Part shown: piece after piece, positions 8,828-20,458 of the stretch
Layout of the letters: each line of letters begins with the position of its first letter
How positions within the stretch are numbered: position 1 is the first letter of the stretch
Source: Spirochaetia bacterium
GTDB lineage: Bacteria > Spirochaetota > Spirochaetia > SZUA-6 > Bin103
Assembly (NCBI GenBank): GCA_965208575.1
Contig: CBDBOV010000005.1
Coordinates: 1,152,001 to 1,216,000, forward strand
Length of the DNA stretch: 64,000 bases
Direction: 5' to 3'
The notes under the pieces: model-generated
Seen by the model: the letters and a program-made list of their open reading frames with translations, nothing else
Told to the model about the DNA's origin: nothing
Database searches by the model: none
Translations under genes and position numbers: made by a program

Positions 8828-9310
8828 ATGTTTTCGATTGGATTTGCCCTTGCGATCCTCGGCGGCGGACTGGCTGCCGGCCTGGGGGCATACGGTTCGT
8901 CGGTCGGCGTCGGCAAGGCGGGAGAGATGGCCGGTGGGGTGATCTCGGAAGATCCGGACAAGTTCGGATCGATGCTGATTCTGCAGGCGCTGCCCGCCAC
9001 CCAGTCGATCTACGGCCTGGTGGTGGCGATCCTGGTGCTGGTGAAGCTGGACGGGTTCGGTGCCGGTGCGATGCTGGACTTGGAGCTGGCCCCGGGGTTG
9101 GCGATCTTCGCCGCCTGTGTGCCGGCGATGTTCGGTGAGCTGATCTCCGCCATCTGGCAGGGCAAGGTCGCGGTTTCGTCGATGGGCGTGGTGGCCAAGA
9201 AGCCGGACGCCTTCGGACGTGCCGTGATCATGCCGGTACTGGTGGAGACCTTCGGGCTGTTCGCCCTGATTGCGACGATCATCATCCTGATGGTGGTCAT
9301 CCAGTTGTAG
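8828..9310 (+). CDS. atpK: A/V-type ATPase rotor subunit K (c), four-helix Na+-type
   Basis: GSSVGVG, LILQALPATQSIYG, WQGKVA and VETF motifs, matching NtpK-type proteolipids; GGAGG RBS. Confidence 0.95.
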   Translation: MFSIGFALAILGGGLAAGLGAYGSSVGVGKAGEMAGGVISEDPDKFGSMLILQALPATQSIYGLVVAILVLVKLDGFGAGAMLDLELAPGLAIFAACVPAMFGELISAIWQGKVAVSSMGVVAKKPDAFGRAVIMPVLVETFGLFALIATIIILMVVIQL

Positions 9311-9325
9311 CGCGGCCGCATTGCC

Positions 9326-9898
9326 ATGGCCGAGAACATCGTCGACCAGATACTGGACGCCGCGCGCAGTGCCGGCGAGGAGACGCTCGCCGCCGCACAG
9401 AAGCACTACGACACCGAGTTGCAAGCGGGGCACGCTGCCCTGGAGCGGGAACTGGATGAACTGCGCCGCCGCGGCCGCCGGCAGGCGGAGGAAGCGATGC
9501 AGCAGGAGCTGTCCACGGCGCGCCTGGAGCAGCGCCGCAAGCTGGCCAACGAAAAACGGCGGCTGCTCGACCAGGTGTACGATGAGGCGTGGCGGCAGAT
9601 CACCGAGGAATCCGCCTACCGCGCCTGGCTGCGGCGGCAGTTGAGCGCACACGCGCAGCGCGGCGACACGGTGGTGGTGGCGGCGCGCGAGCGTGAGCGG
9701 TTTCAGGGCAGTCTGCGCGCCCTGCTGGACGAGCACGCGGTCACGCTCTCGGAACAGGCGGGGCGTTTCCGCGCCGGATTCGTGATCGACCGCGGCGAGA
9801 CGCGGTTGAACTGCACCCTCGACGAGGAGTTTCGCGCCCTGGCCGCGGAGTCGGAAATCGAGATCAGTGCGGCGCTGTTCGCCGGCGAACGGCGCTGA
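9326..9898 (+). CDS. atpE: A/V-type ATPase subunit E
   Basis: N-terminal coiled coil, C-terminal AGFVIDRG..RLNCTLD, and operon position. Confidence 0.88.
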   Translation: MAENIVDQILDAARSAGEETLAAAQKHYDTELQAGHAALERELDELRRRGRRQAEEAMQQELSTARLEQRRKLANEKRRLLDQVYDEAWRQITEESAYRAWLRRQLSAHAQRGDTVVVAARERERFQGSLRALLDEHAVTLSEQAGRFRAGFVIDRGETRLNCTLDEEFRALAAESEIEISAALFAGERR

Positions 9899-9913
9899 CC
9901 GGGGCTGTTCGGC

Positions 9914-11038
9914 GTGCCCGGCGTGGTAAATCTCGGTAACGGCGGATCCGGTCGCGGTGAGGCGGACTACAACTACCTGTACGGGCTGATACGCAGCCGC
10001 GAACGGGAATTGATCGACGGCGCGCGGCTGCGGGCGCTGGTCGGCATGGCCCGCATCGACGAGATCGTGCAGATCTGTCCGGAGTCGCCGTTCATGGACG
10101 CGTTTGCGCCTGACCTGGACGAAGCCGCCCTGGAGCGCGCCATCGCCAGCGAGCAGGCCGACCTGCGCTGGCTGATCGACCGCTACGCTCCCGAGCCGGC
10201 GCTGCGCGAGCTGCTGCTGGTGCCGCGCGACCTGTACAACATCAAGGTCGCCCTGCGCCTGCACGCCAACTCAGCCGATGCCGGCGGCGGCGGCGACCCT
10301 GCGGTCGCGAACGATGACGCAGATGACGCAGGTCAGGACGCGCTCTACGGTCCTCCCGGTACCCGCGCCGTGGCGGCGATTCGTGCAGCGGTGGCGGACG
10401 AAGGACCGGGCCTGACCTCCGCCGGCGACATCGACCGCGCGAGTCGCGCTCTGGCCGGCTGCCTGGAGCGCGCACTGGGCGCGTTCTACGCCGCGGGGCG
10501 CAATGGCCAGGTGCTGGAGCTGGCGATCGACCGCCTCGCGCACCTGTTCCGTGTCGCCACCGCCGACGCGGTGGATCCGGACGTGGGTGCCGTGTACCGC
10601 GACGCCGCCGCCATCGCCGCCGGCGAACTGCTGGCGCGCGGCAGTGCCGCCGGGCTGCCCTGGGAGGTGGCGCGCTGGGGCCTGCTGGATCTGCCGTCGC
10701 AGGCCGACCTGCAGGCGCTGTACGAAACGCCCGCGTCCGACTGGGGTTCCCGGCTGGCAGCGTTCAGCGGCGTCTTGCGTGCGCTGCTCGCCCGTATCGG
10801 TGCCGGGACGGAGGTTGGCGCCGCCGTGCGCGCCGAGCAGGAGGCGGTAGCGAAACGCATCGCGGCGTGGCGCTACGCGCCGCCCTCATTTGCGTTCGCG
10901 GTCTACTACCTGTGCAAGAAACAGGCCGATCTGGCGGCGCTGCGCATGATCTGCCTGGCCAAGTTGAAGGGGGTCGCTGAGGCCACCATCGGCGCCCGTG
11001 TCGGCGGCGCGCTCATGGGCCAGTCGCCGGCGGCGTGA
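9914..11038 (+). CDS. atpC: A/V-type ATPase subunit C (d)
   Basis: YNYLYGLIRSRERELI, DLYNIKVALR and YLCKKQADLAALRMI..AK motifs; operon position. Confidence 0.85.
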   Translation: MPGVVNLGNGGSGRGEADYNYLYGLIRSRERELIDGARLRALVGMARIDEIVQICPESPFMDAFAPDLDEAALERAIASEQADLRWLIDRYAPEPALRELLLVPRDLYNIKVALRLHANSADAGGGGDPAVANDDADDAGQDALYGPPGTRAVAAIRAAVADEGPGLTSAGDIDRASRALAGCLERALGAFYAAGRNGQVLELAIDRLAHLFRVATADAVDPDVGAVYRDAAAIAAGELLARGSAAGLPWEVARWGLLDLPSQADLQALYETPASDWGSRLAAFSGVLRALLARIGAGTEVGAAVRAEQEAVAKRIAAWRYAPPSFAFAVYYLCKKQADLAALRMICLAKLKGVAEATIGARVGGALMGQSPAA

Positions 11039-11055
11039 GGCGGAGGGGATGAGCG

Positions 11056-11451
11056 ATGTCTGACGGTCGATCCGCGGTGCGCACCTTTCACATTGCGATG
11101 ATCGGCGACAGCTCGACGGTACGCGGGTTTGCCGCCGGCGGCGTGCACGCCTATCCGGCCGCGGCGAGCGAGGCCGCGCTGGCCACGCTGCGCGAACTGG
11201 TGGCCGGCGGGCGCTACGCGATTATTTTCATCACCGAGGCGCTGGCGGAGCCGATCCTCGACACCATCAGCCGGTTGCGCACCGGCGCGGTGCCGGCGGT
11301 GATCGTGGTGCCCGACCAGTCCGGCGCGCGCGGCATCGGCTTCGAGAAGACCCGTCTGGCGGTGGAACGCGCCATCGGCATCGACCTGCTCGGCCAGACC
11401 CGGGCACGCAATGCGGACGCGCGCAACACGGGCACCGGCAACGAGCAGTGA
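11056..11451 (+). CDS. atpF: A/V-type ATPase subunit F
   Basis: IAMIGDSSTVRGFAAGG, YAIIFITE and VERAIGIDL motifs. Confidence 0.92.
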   Translation: MSDGRSAVRTFHIAMIGDSSTVRGFAAGGVHAYPAAASEAALATLRELVAGGRYAIIFITEALAEPILDTISRLRTGAVPAVIVVPDQSGARGIGFEKTRLAVERAIGIDLLGQTRARNADARNTGTGNEQ

Positions 11452-11471
11452 CAAGGAAGAGGTAAAGCATC

Positions 11472-13264
<1,793 letters not shown>

Positions 13265-13265
<1 letters not shown>

Positions 13266-14665
13266 TGATCAAGGAGTATCGCAGCGCACGCGGCCTGGAC
13301 GGGCCGCTGATGATCGTGGAAGAGGTGGACGACGTCACCTACGGCGAGCTGGCCGACGTGGAGCTGCCGGACGGCTCGGTGCGGCGCGGCCAGGTGCTGG
13401 AGGCGGCCGCCGGGCGCGCCCTGGTGCAGTTGTTCGAGGCGCCGCAGGGCATCTCCACCAGTCTGGCCACGGTACGCTTCACCGGCCAGCGGATGATGGC
13501 GCGCGTGTCGCGCGACATGCTCGGGCGCATCCTGAACGGCGTCGGCGAGCCGCTCGACGATGCCGGCGCGGTGATCCCGGAACAGTTGCGCGACATCAAC
13601 GGTTCGCCGATCAACCCCTACGCGCGCGACTTTCCGGAGGAGTTCATCCAGACCGGCATCTCCGCCATCGACGGCAACCTGACCCTGGTGCGCGGCCAGA
13701 AGCTGCCGATCTTCTCCGGCTCCGGCCTGCCGCACTCCGAGCTGGCGGCGCAGATCGCGCGCCAGGCGCGCACCCTGCACGGCGAGGAGCCGTTCGCGGT
13801 GGTGTTCGCGGCGATGGGCATTACCTTCGAGGAAGCCAACTTCTTCATGGAGGACTTCCGCCGTACCGGCGCCATCGAGCGCGCGGCGCTGTTCATCAAC
13901 CTGGCCGACGACCCGGTGATCGAGCGCATCTCGATTCCGCGCGTGGCGCTGACCACCGCGGAGTACCTGGCGTTCGACTGCGACATGCACGTGCTGGTGA
14001 TCCTCACCGACATGACCAACTACTGCGACGCCCTGCGCGAGATCTCGTCGGCGCGCAAGGAGGTGCCGGGGCGGCGCGCCTACCCCGGCTACATGTACAC
14101 CGACCTGTCGCTGATCTACGAGCGCGCCGGGCGCATCAAGGGCAAGCGCGGGTCGATTACCCAGGTGCCGATTCTCAGCATGCCGGAAGACGACAAGACG
14201 CACCCGATCCCGGACCTGACCGGCTACATCACCGAGGGGCAGGTGATCCTGAGCCGTTCGCTGCACCGCAAGGGCATCGAGCCGCCGATCGACGTGCTGC
14301 CGTCGTTGTCGCGGCTGATGCAGAAGGGCATCGGCGAAGGCAGCACGCGCGAAGACCATTCCGGCGTCGCCAACCAGTTGTTCGCGGCCTACGCGCGCGG
14401 CGGCGACGCGCGCGAGCTGGCGGTGGTGCTCGGCGAGGCGGCGCTGACCCCGATCGACCGCCAGTACGCGACGTTTGCCGAGCAGTTCGAGCAGCGCTTC
14501 GTGAACCAGGGCTTCCAGGAGAACCGCAGCATCGAGGACACCCTGACCATCGGCTGGCAACTCCTGGAGCTGCTGCCGCGCTCCGAGTTGACGCGTATCG
14601 ACGCCGAGCTGATCGACAAGTACCTCGGACCCGCCGAACAGGCCGCGGTCGCCGCGCCGGCGTAG
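13265..14665 (+). CDS. atpB: A/V-type ATPase subunit B
   Basis: [29 protein letters not shown] and [14 protein letters not shown] motifs; start coupled to the atpA stop (TGATG). Confidence 0.98.
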
Positions 14666-14691
14666 TGCGGGGGACGGGGTAGGGCAACAGG

Positions 14692-15312
14692 ATGGCAACC
14701 GTCGCCGTCAGTCCCAACCGCATGGAGCTGCTGCGCATGAAGAAGAAGCAGCAATTCGCGCAGCGTGGCCACAAGCTGCTGAAGGACAAGCTCGAGGGTC
14801 TGCTCAAGGACTTCACCGGCATCGTGCAGGAGTACGCGGTGCTGCGCGACCAGGTGGACAGCGAACTCGGCGAGCTGTTCCAACAGTTCATCGTGGCGTC
14901 GGCGTCGATGCCGGCGGAGGTGTACCGCAGCGCCCTGGCGTTCCCGGAGTGCGAGGCGGAGCTCACCATGACCGAGAAGCTGATCATGAACGTGCGCGTA
15001 CCGGAGTTCTCGTTCGCCATCGAGGGCAACCTGCTCTCCTACGGCACCGACGGCACCGTCGTCGAGTTGGATCAGGCCATCGTCAAGCTCAAGGAAGTGC
15101 TGGAGCGCCTGGTGAAGCTCGCCGAGGCGGAGAAGACCATCGAGTTGGTTGCCGACGAAATCGAGAAGACGCGGCGCCGGGTCAACGCCCTGGAGTACGT
15201 CCTCATCCCGCAGCAAGCCGAAACCATCCGCATGATCTCCTCCAAGCTGGAAGAGCTGGAGCGCGGCAACATCACCCGCCTCATGCGCATCAAGCAACTC
15301 CTCGCCATGTAG
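14692..15312 (+). CDS. atpD: A/V-type ATPase subunit D
   Basis: PNRMELL, RGHKLLKDK and EIEKTRRRVNALEY..IP motifs. Confidence 0.96.
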   Translation: MATVAVSPNRMELLRMKKKQQFAQRGHKLLKDKLEGLLKDFTGIVQEYAVLRDQVDSELGELFQQFIVASASMPAEVYRSALAFPECEAELTMTEKLIMNVRVPEFSFAIEGNLLSYGTDGTVVELDQAIVKLKEVLERLVKLAEAEKTIELVADEIEKTRRRVNALEYVLIPQQAETIRMISSKLEELERGNITRLMRIKQLLAM

Positions 15313-15340
15313 CTGGCGCTCTGAGTCGAGACGATTGCCG

Positions 15341-15408
15341 AATTGTCCCGAGCAGGACAATTTGGTTGTCGATGAGGCCGGCCGGTCGTATTTTTCCCGA
15401 GCGGGAAA
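15341..15408. promoter_or_regulatory. Two palindromic operators upstream of the HipB-like antitoxin
   Basis: AATTGTCC-CGAGCA-GGACAATT (15341-15362) and TTTCCCG-AG-CGGGAAA (15393-15408), sharing a TCCCGAGC core. Confidence 0.7.
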
Positions 15409-15415
15409 GTGATGC

Positions 15416-15646
15416 ATGAGTCCGAAGCAAATTGGACAGCTTGTTCGCAATGTGCGGCGTGGGCAGGGCCTCCGTCAGGATCAGTTGGCGGCGGCCGCAG
15501 GTGTCGGCGTTCGCTTTCTCGTCGAGGTGGAGCACGGCAAGCCGACGGCGCAGCTCGGCAAGGTGCTCGCCGTGCTGGAGGCGCTCGGATGCACGCTCCT
15601 GATCGAGCCGCCTCCGAGTGTCGATGACCTGCAGGCGGGGCAGTGA
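15416..15646 (+). CDS. XRE-family HTH antitoxin (HipB/y4mF-like)
   Basis: IGQLVRNVRRGQGLRQDQLA..AGVGVRFLVEVEHGKPT; its stop overlaps the hipA-like start (GTGA). Confidence 0.92.
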   Translation: MSPKQIGQLVRNVRRGQGLRQDQLAAAAGVGVRFLVEVEHGKPTAQLGKVLAVLEALGCTLLIEPPPSVDDLQAGQ

Positions 15647-16079
15647 CGCGTGTTCTGACGGTGTGGTGGGAGGGGGCGGTGGTCGGATCGCTTGCTCTCG
15701 ACCGCGATGGTCAGATGCAATTTTCCTACGCGTCGGAGTGGCTGCACGGGGGTCGCACGCCCGCGCTTTCATGCTCGCTGCCGAACGCCCCGAGCCGTTC
15801 CGGCGCCGGCTGTGCCGGCCCTTCTTCGAGGGCCTTCTGCCGGAAGGCGCACAGCGCGACGCGGTTGCTCGGGTGCTGGGTGTGTCGCCGGAGAATGAAT
15901 TCGGGCTGCTGGAGAGGCTTGGCGGCGACGTTGCCGGTGCGCTGACGCTGTGGCCGGAAGGAGAAGCACCGCCGGTCCACGAGCCGCCGCGCGCACGTCC
16001 GAGCGCGCGCAATGGCTGGCGGGGACCATGCAGACTCCCTCTGGACGCTCAGGGACAAGTTGATCGCCCTGCTCAGTGA
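15643..16079 (+). pseudogene. HipA-family toxin remnant: N-terminal domain only, frameshifted, kinase domain missing
   Basis: The first frame reads VWWEGAVVGSL..FSYASEW..PALSCSLP. After a 1-nt slip at ~15783 another frame continues PFFEGLLPEG.QRDAVARVLGVS..NEFGLLERLGGDVAGAL, then similarity ends. Confidence 0.85.
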
Positions 16080-16439
16080 TCACAACGACTCCCACAGGTC
16101 CACCAACCGGTCCCACCAGCGGCGCTTTTGTCCACGCAATCCCGCGTCGGGCTTGCCGGCGTCGGGGTGGCTGCAGAGGTCGCCGGGCCGCCACCGGTGG
16201 CAGTCCCTGCCCCAGCACCCGGGCCGCCCGGTGAGAGGGCACTGCTCCGGGATCGGGACCGCGGCCGCAGCGTTCCCCATGAGATGGGTGACGCAGAATT
16301 CGCAGCAGTACAGCGTGGTCTGATTGCCATCCTTGGCAGTCGACCGGCCTCGGACCCACGTGTCTTGCGTTGGATCTCTCGAAACCAGTATCCGGGAGGC
16401 CGTAGCTCTACCGCAAACGTCGCAGCTCTTCTTCTTCAC
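16080..16439 (-). CDS. Small Cys-rich hypothetical protein (119 aa), possibly metal-binding
   Basis: GTG at 16439 with GGAG 9 nt upstream. Reads MKKKSCDVCG...YCCEFC...C...C...C...C...KRRWWDRLVDLWESL. Hidden at the end of the long 16080..17828 ORF. Confidence 0.6.
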   Translation of the reverse strand: MKKKSCDVCGRATASRILVSRDPTQDTWVRGRSTAKDGNQTTLYCCEFCVTHLMGNAAAAVPIPEQCPLTGRPGCWGRDCHRWRPGDLCSHPDAGKPDAGLRGQKRRWWDRLVDLWESL

Positions 16440-16649
16440 CTCTTGCCGCTCCGACGTCGACGGTCCGGGGCGTCCGCTCGGTCGGGAACGATTTCCGACG
16501 ACGGTCGACGCTCGCAGCACGGTAGCACGGCGCCGCCGCTCCCCACAAACGTTGCCACGCACGGTCGAATTGAATGAGGGTGCGCACGGGCGATGGCAGG
16601 GACTCCATGCCCGCCGGACGGATGCCGGTCGGATTCGGTAGAATGCACG

Positions 16650-17198
16650 ATGCCGTATTTCAGGAAGGTGGTGGGGGAGCGGTGCTACCTGTCGCCGATA
16701 GACCCGGCCGATGCGCCGACGTTCACGGCCTGGCTGAACGATGGTGAGGTGGCGGCCGGCGTGACGTTCACGCGCCGGGTGATCAACGTCGAGCAGGAGC
16801 GCGACGGACTCGCGAGGTTGGCGGCCAAGCCGTACAACTTCGCCATTGTGGCGCTCGACGGCGATGAGCTGCTGGGCAGTTGCGGGATCGGCGGCGTAAG
16901 CGCGGTCGACCGCACCGGCGAGTTGGGCATCATGATCGGCAACAAGGAGTTCTGGAACCGAGGCTACGGCACCGAGGCGGTGCGGTTGCTGTTGCGCTTC
17001 GCGTTCCTGACGCTCAACCTCAACAACATCTGCCTCACCGTGCACTCGTTCAACGAACGCGCGATCCGCTGCTACGAGAAGTGCGGCTTCAAGCGCTACG
17101 GCTACTGGCCCGACTCCTGGTACCACGACGGCAAGCTGCACGGCACCGTCCACATGTACCTGCTGCGCGCCGACTTCGACCAAGGCGATTCCGCTTGA
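16650..17198 (+). CDS. GNAT family N-acetyltransferase (RimJ/RimL-like)
   Basis: GELGIMIGNKEFWNRGYGTEA and NERAIRCYEKCGF motifs. Confidence 0.93.
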   Translation: MPYFRKVVGERCYLSPIDPADAPTFTAWLNDGEVAAGVTFTRRVINVEQERDGLARLAAKPYNFAIVALDGDELLGSCGIGGVSAVDRTGELGIMIGNKEFWNRGYGTEAVRLLLRFAFLTLNLNNICLTVHSFNERAIRCYEKCGFKRYGYWPDSWYHDGKLHGTVHMYLLRADFDQGDSA

Positions 17199-17289
17199 GC
17201 ATGCGGCCGAGCCGGGGCGCTGGACCGCAACTCCCCGGGCGCCGCAGCCGCCCACATGCGGAGCGACAATCCGTCCGCGCGTTTCGGGA

Positions 17290-18144
17290 TCAGCCGGGTC
17301 CCGGTCGCTCGTCTGGAATCCGTGCTCCATCCTGCCCGTCGGCGGGGTTGGCCGTCCTCGCCTGCCCGTGGTCGGCAATGGGGGTATCCTGGGAGGGCTC
17401 CGCCACCTCCCGCTCAGCGTGACCCGCGAGGAAACGGTGCAGCGTGGCGAGGCTCTTGTTCGCGAGGGTGGTCGCTTGTTTCGCGTCGGCGGCGGTAGGG
17501 TCGCCGAGCGGCAACAGACCTGACTCCGCAGGGTATCTGCCGCGGTATATCTCGTCGAGGAAGTCGATGTCGTCCCCAGACAGCACGAGCGGTACGCGAT
17601 AGTCAGCCGCAATCGCCGTGAGTCGATGAATGCTGTGTATTTTTTCCAGTTCCCAGCCGACAACCAGGAGCATCGTCTTGATTGATTTTTCGACGCACTG
17701 CTGTGCGTGGTAGCACGCGCCGCGATGAAATCCACCGATATGAAGGTAGTCGGCCGTACTTCGCTCCTCCTCGGCCTGCCGGCGCCACGCTTCCGTACCG
17801 TCTCGCATGTAGATGCAGACCCCCTCACTGACGACTTTGCTCACGAATGGGCTGCCGCGACGCACATGCTCGGCAAAGAGCGAACGGCTGACGACGTAGT
17901 CATCGATGTCGTACGTCCGGCGGAACGGTCGCAAAGCCGAGCGGAGCGCGGCGCGGCGACCCTGTGCGCCGAGGTGGCCGTCGTCGTCGGTCACCACCAG
18001 GAGATCGAGGTCGTTCCCGGTCGTTGCCCCGGCGACGGAGCCGAACAGGATGATTTCCAGCGGATCGATCGCCGCCACCACCGCGTCCCGCACGCGGGCG
18101 GCTGTCTCGCGGGTCACCACACTTGTACGGATACCATGTGCCAT
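17290..18144 (-). CDS. Minimal nucleotidyltransferase-HEPN fusion protein
   Basis: N-half IILFGS...DLDLLVV (MNT). C-half AW.RQAEE...ACYHAQQCVEKSIK...KIHSI...RGRYP (HEPN). One continuous frame; start uncertain. Confidence 0.85.
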   Translation of the reverse strand: MAHGIRTSVVTRETAARVRDAVVAAIDPLEIILFGSVAGATTGNDLDLLVVTDDDGHLGAQGRRAALRSALRPFRRTYDIDDYVVSRSLFAEHVRRGSPFVSKVVSEGVCIYMRDGTEAWRRQAEEERSTADYLHIGGFHRGACYHAQQCVEKSIKTMLLVVGWELEKIHSIHRLTAIAADYRVPLVLSGDDIDFLDEIYRGRYPAESGLLPLGDPTAADAKQATTLANKSLATLHRFLAGHAEREVAEPSQDTPIADHGQARTANPADGQDGARIPDERPGPG

Positions 18145-18181
18145 TCGTGCATGTCCACGGAGCGGCTTTGCTTTGTTCGCA

Positions 18182-18925
18182 CTACGATGGCGGGCCGCGG
18201 TCGTAGAGGGAGATGTGGCGGGTGCTGGCGGCGGTGAACGGGGCGCCGGTCCAGTCGCGCCAGCGTTCGCGCAGGCGCATGCCGGCGAGGCGCGCCATCA
18301 GGTCCAGTTCCGACGGCCACGCGTAGCGGATCTGCACCGGGTACAGGCGGGTACCGGACTCGGACAGTACCACGTTCTGCGAGTACACCCGCTGGTGCAG
18401 CGCGTCGTGACGGGCCACCTCCAGGGTAGCGCTGTCGGTGTCGACGCCGGTAACGCCGACGCGCTGCCCGCCGGAAAAACGCGCCGGATCGGGTACGAAT
18501 GCGTCGATCAGAAACGTGCCGCCGTCAGCCAGGCGTGCCGCCGCTCGCCGGAAGCAGCGCACCTGTGCGTCCTGGGTGGTGAGCGCGAAGAACGTGTTGA
18601 ACACGGCGAAGATCAGCGTGAAGGTGCCGTCGACCGGTACATCGGCGAAGTCGCCGACGGTGAGCGGAATCTCCGCGCCGCCCGGCTTGGTGCGCAACGC
18701 CGCGGCCATCGCCTCGGAGGCGTCGATGCCGTGCACGGCCACCCCCAGTTCGGCGAGCGGCAGCGCCACCCTGCCGGTGCCGATGCCCAGCTCCAGCGCC
18801 CTGCCGTCGCCCGCCAGCCGAGCCAGCGCGCGCACCTCGGGCGTGGCGCTGCCGGTGCCGGGGTGCAACCGGTCGTAGATGCCGGCGATGCGATCGCCGT
18901 AGGTAGCGGATCCGTACTCGTCCAT
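18182..18925 (-). CDS. Class I SAM-dependent methyltransferase
   Basis: ALELGIGTGR, GIDASEAM and RYAWPSELDLMA motifs. Confidence 0.92.
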   Translation of the reverse strand: MDEYGSATYGDRIAGIYDRLHPGTGSATPEVRALARLAGDGRALELGIGTGRVALPLAELGVAVHGIDASEAMAAALRTKPGGAEIPLTVGDFADVPVDGTFTLIFAVFNTFFALTTQDAQVRCFRRAAARLADGGTFLIDAFVPDPARFSGGQRVGVTGVDTDSATLEVARHDALHQRVYSQNVVLSESGTRLYPVQIRYAWPSELDLMARLAGMRLRERWRDWTGAPFTAASTRHISLYDRGPPS

Positions 18926-18995
18926 GCGCGTGGTCGTCAGCGGGAAGCGTGATTCATACCACGTCGGCGTGGTGCCATGCCATACGCTCGGTCGG

Positions 18996-20444
18996 TCAGA
19001 CGGCGGACGGCCCGGAGCCGGAGAGCGCGCGGTAGTCGGCGAGTGCGCGGCGCCGAGTCCGGGCGAGGTCGACGCACGGGAGAGGGTAGGTGGCGCCGAG
19101 CGTGACCCGTGCGGCCGCCAGCACCGGAGCCGGTGCCTGCCAGGGGGCGTGGATGTGCCCGCCGGGGAGCTTGGCGAGCTCCGGCACCCAGCGGCGGACG
19201 TAGTTGCCGTCGGGGTCGTACCTGCGGCCCTGCAGCACCGGGTTGAAGATGCGGAAGTAGGGTGCGGCATCGGCGCCCGATCCCGCCACCCACTGCCACG
19301 ACGCGGAGTTGTTGGCCAGGTCGGCATCGACCAGCGTGTCCCAGAACCAGGCCGCACCGAAGCGCCAGTGGACCCGCATGTTCTTGACCAGCAGCGAGGC
19401 GGCGATCATGCGTGCGCGGTTGTGCATCCACCCGGTGTGCCAGAGCTCGCGCATGCCGGCGTCGACGATCGGGATGCCGGTGCGTCCGCGCTGCCACCGG
19501 CGCAGGTCGGCGCCGGCGCCCGGATAGCGCATCGCCGCGAACTTCGGCTGAAACGGGTGCTCCGGCAGGGTGGGGAAGTGCACCAGCAGGTGGTGGGAGA
19601 ACTCCCGCCACAGCAGTTGGCGCAGAAACGCCTGCCCGCCGGCGGACGCCGCCGGGTCGGCAGCGATCCCGGCATGCACCGCGTGCCAGCACTGCCGGGG
19701 GGAGAGTTCTCCCGCGTGCAGATGAGGGGAGAGGCGGGAGGTACCGGCGCGGTCGGGCCGGTCGCGCGCCTCCGAGTAATCGCTCACCATGGAGTCGACC
19801 GCCGCTGCCAGCCGCGCTTGTGCCGGTGGTTCGCCCGGCTGCCAGGCGGCGCGCAGCCCGCCGGACCAGTCGGGCCGCATCGGCAACAGGTGCCAGTCGG
19901 CGAGGGCATCGCCCGGTGGCACGCGCGTGGGGGCAACCATGCTCGCCGGGGCGGGCAGCGGCGGACCGGGAGAGGGCGCGGCCAGAGCCGCCTTCAAGAA
20001 CGGCGTGAACACCCGATAGGGGGTGCCCGATGCGGTGCGCACGTGCTCGGGATCGAACAGCAGGCCGCCGGTGAACCGGCGCACCTCGATGCCCAGTCCG
20101 GCCAGGCGTTGTTCGTCGCGCCGCGCCCACGGCTCGCAGGCTCGGTTGCAGTACACGGCCGCGGCGCCGGTTTCCCCGATCAGCTCGGCCAGCACCGCCG
20201 TCGCTTCCCCGCGGCGCAGGACAAGCGGAACGCCGCGGCCTCTCAGCCGGTGGGCGAGCGAGTCGAGGCTGTGGTGCAGCCACCAGCGGCTCGCGCCGCC
20301 AGGCCGCCAGGCGCCGGGCGTGGTGTCGTCGAGCGTGTAGACCGGCAGGATGGGCCTCCCGGTCTCGGCGGCAGCGCGCAGAGCCGGATTGTCGTGCAAC
20401 CTCAGGTCATTCCGCAGCCACACGAGAATGGGAGCCGAGGCCAT
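18996..20444 (-). CDS. phrB: Deoxyribodipyrimidine photolyase (class I CPD)
   Basis: WLRNDLRLHDNPAL, TSRLSPHL, WREF, TGWMHNRARM, DADLANN...WQW and YFRIFNP motifs. Confidence 0.95.
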   Translation of the reverse strand: MASAPILVWLRNDLRLHDNPALRAAAETGRPILPVYTLDDTTPGAWRPGGASRWWLHHSLDSLAHRLRGRGVPLVLRRGEATAVLAELIGETGAAAVYCNRACEPWARRDEQRLAGLGIEVRRFTGGLLFDPEHVRTASGTPYRVFTPFLKAALAAPSPGPPLPAPASMVAPTRVPPGDALADWHLLPMRPDWSGGLRAAWQPGEPPAQARLAAAVDSMVSDYSEARDRPDRAGTSRLSPHLHAGELSPRQCWHAVHAGIAADPAASAGGQAFLRQLLWREFSHHLLVHFPTLPEHPFQPKFAAMRYPGAGADLRRWQRGRTGIPIVDAGMRELWHTGWMHNRARMIAASLLVKNMRVHWRFGAAWFWDTLVDADLANNSASWQWVAGSGADAAPYFRIFNPVLQGRRYDPDGNYVRRWVPELAKLPGGHIHAPWQAPAPVLAAARVTLGATYPLPCVDLARTRRRALADYRALSGSGPSAV

Positions 20445-20458
20445 GCCTGGGGGGTGAG

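Noticed and set aside
16012-16323. Plus-strand 103-aa ORF after the hipA remnant
   Set aside because: No recognisable motif, and it overlaps the better-supported Cys-rich minus-strand gene.
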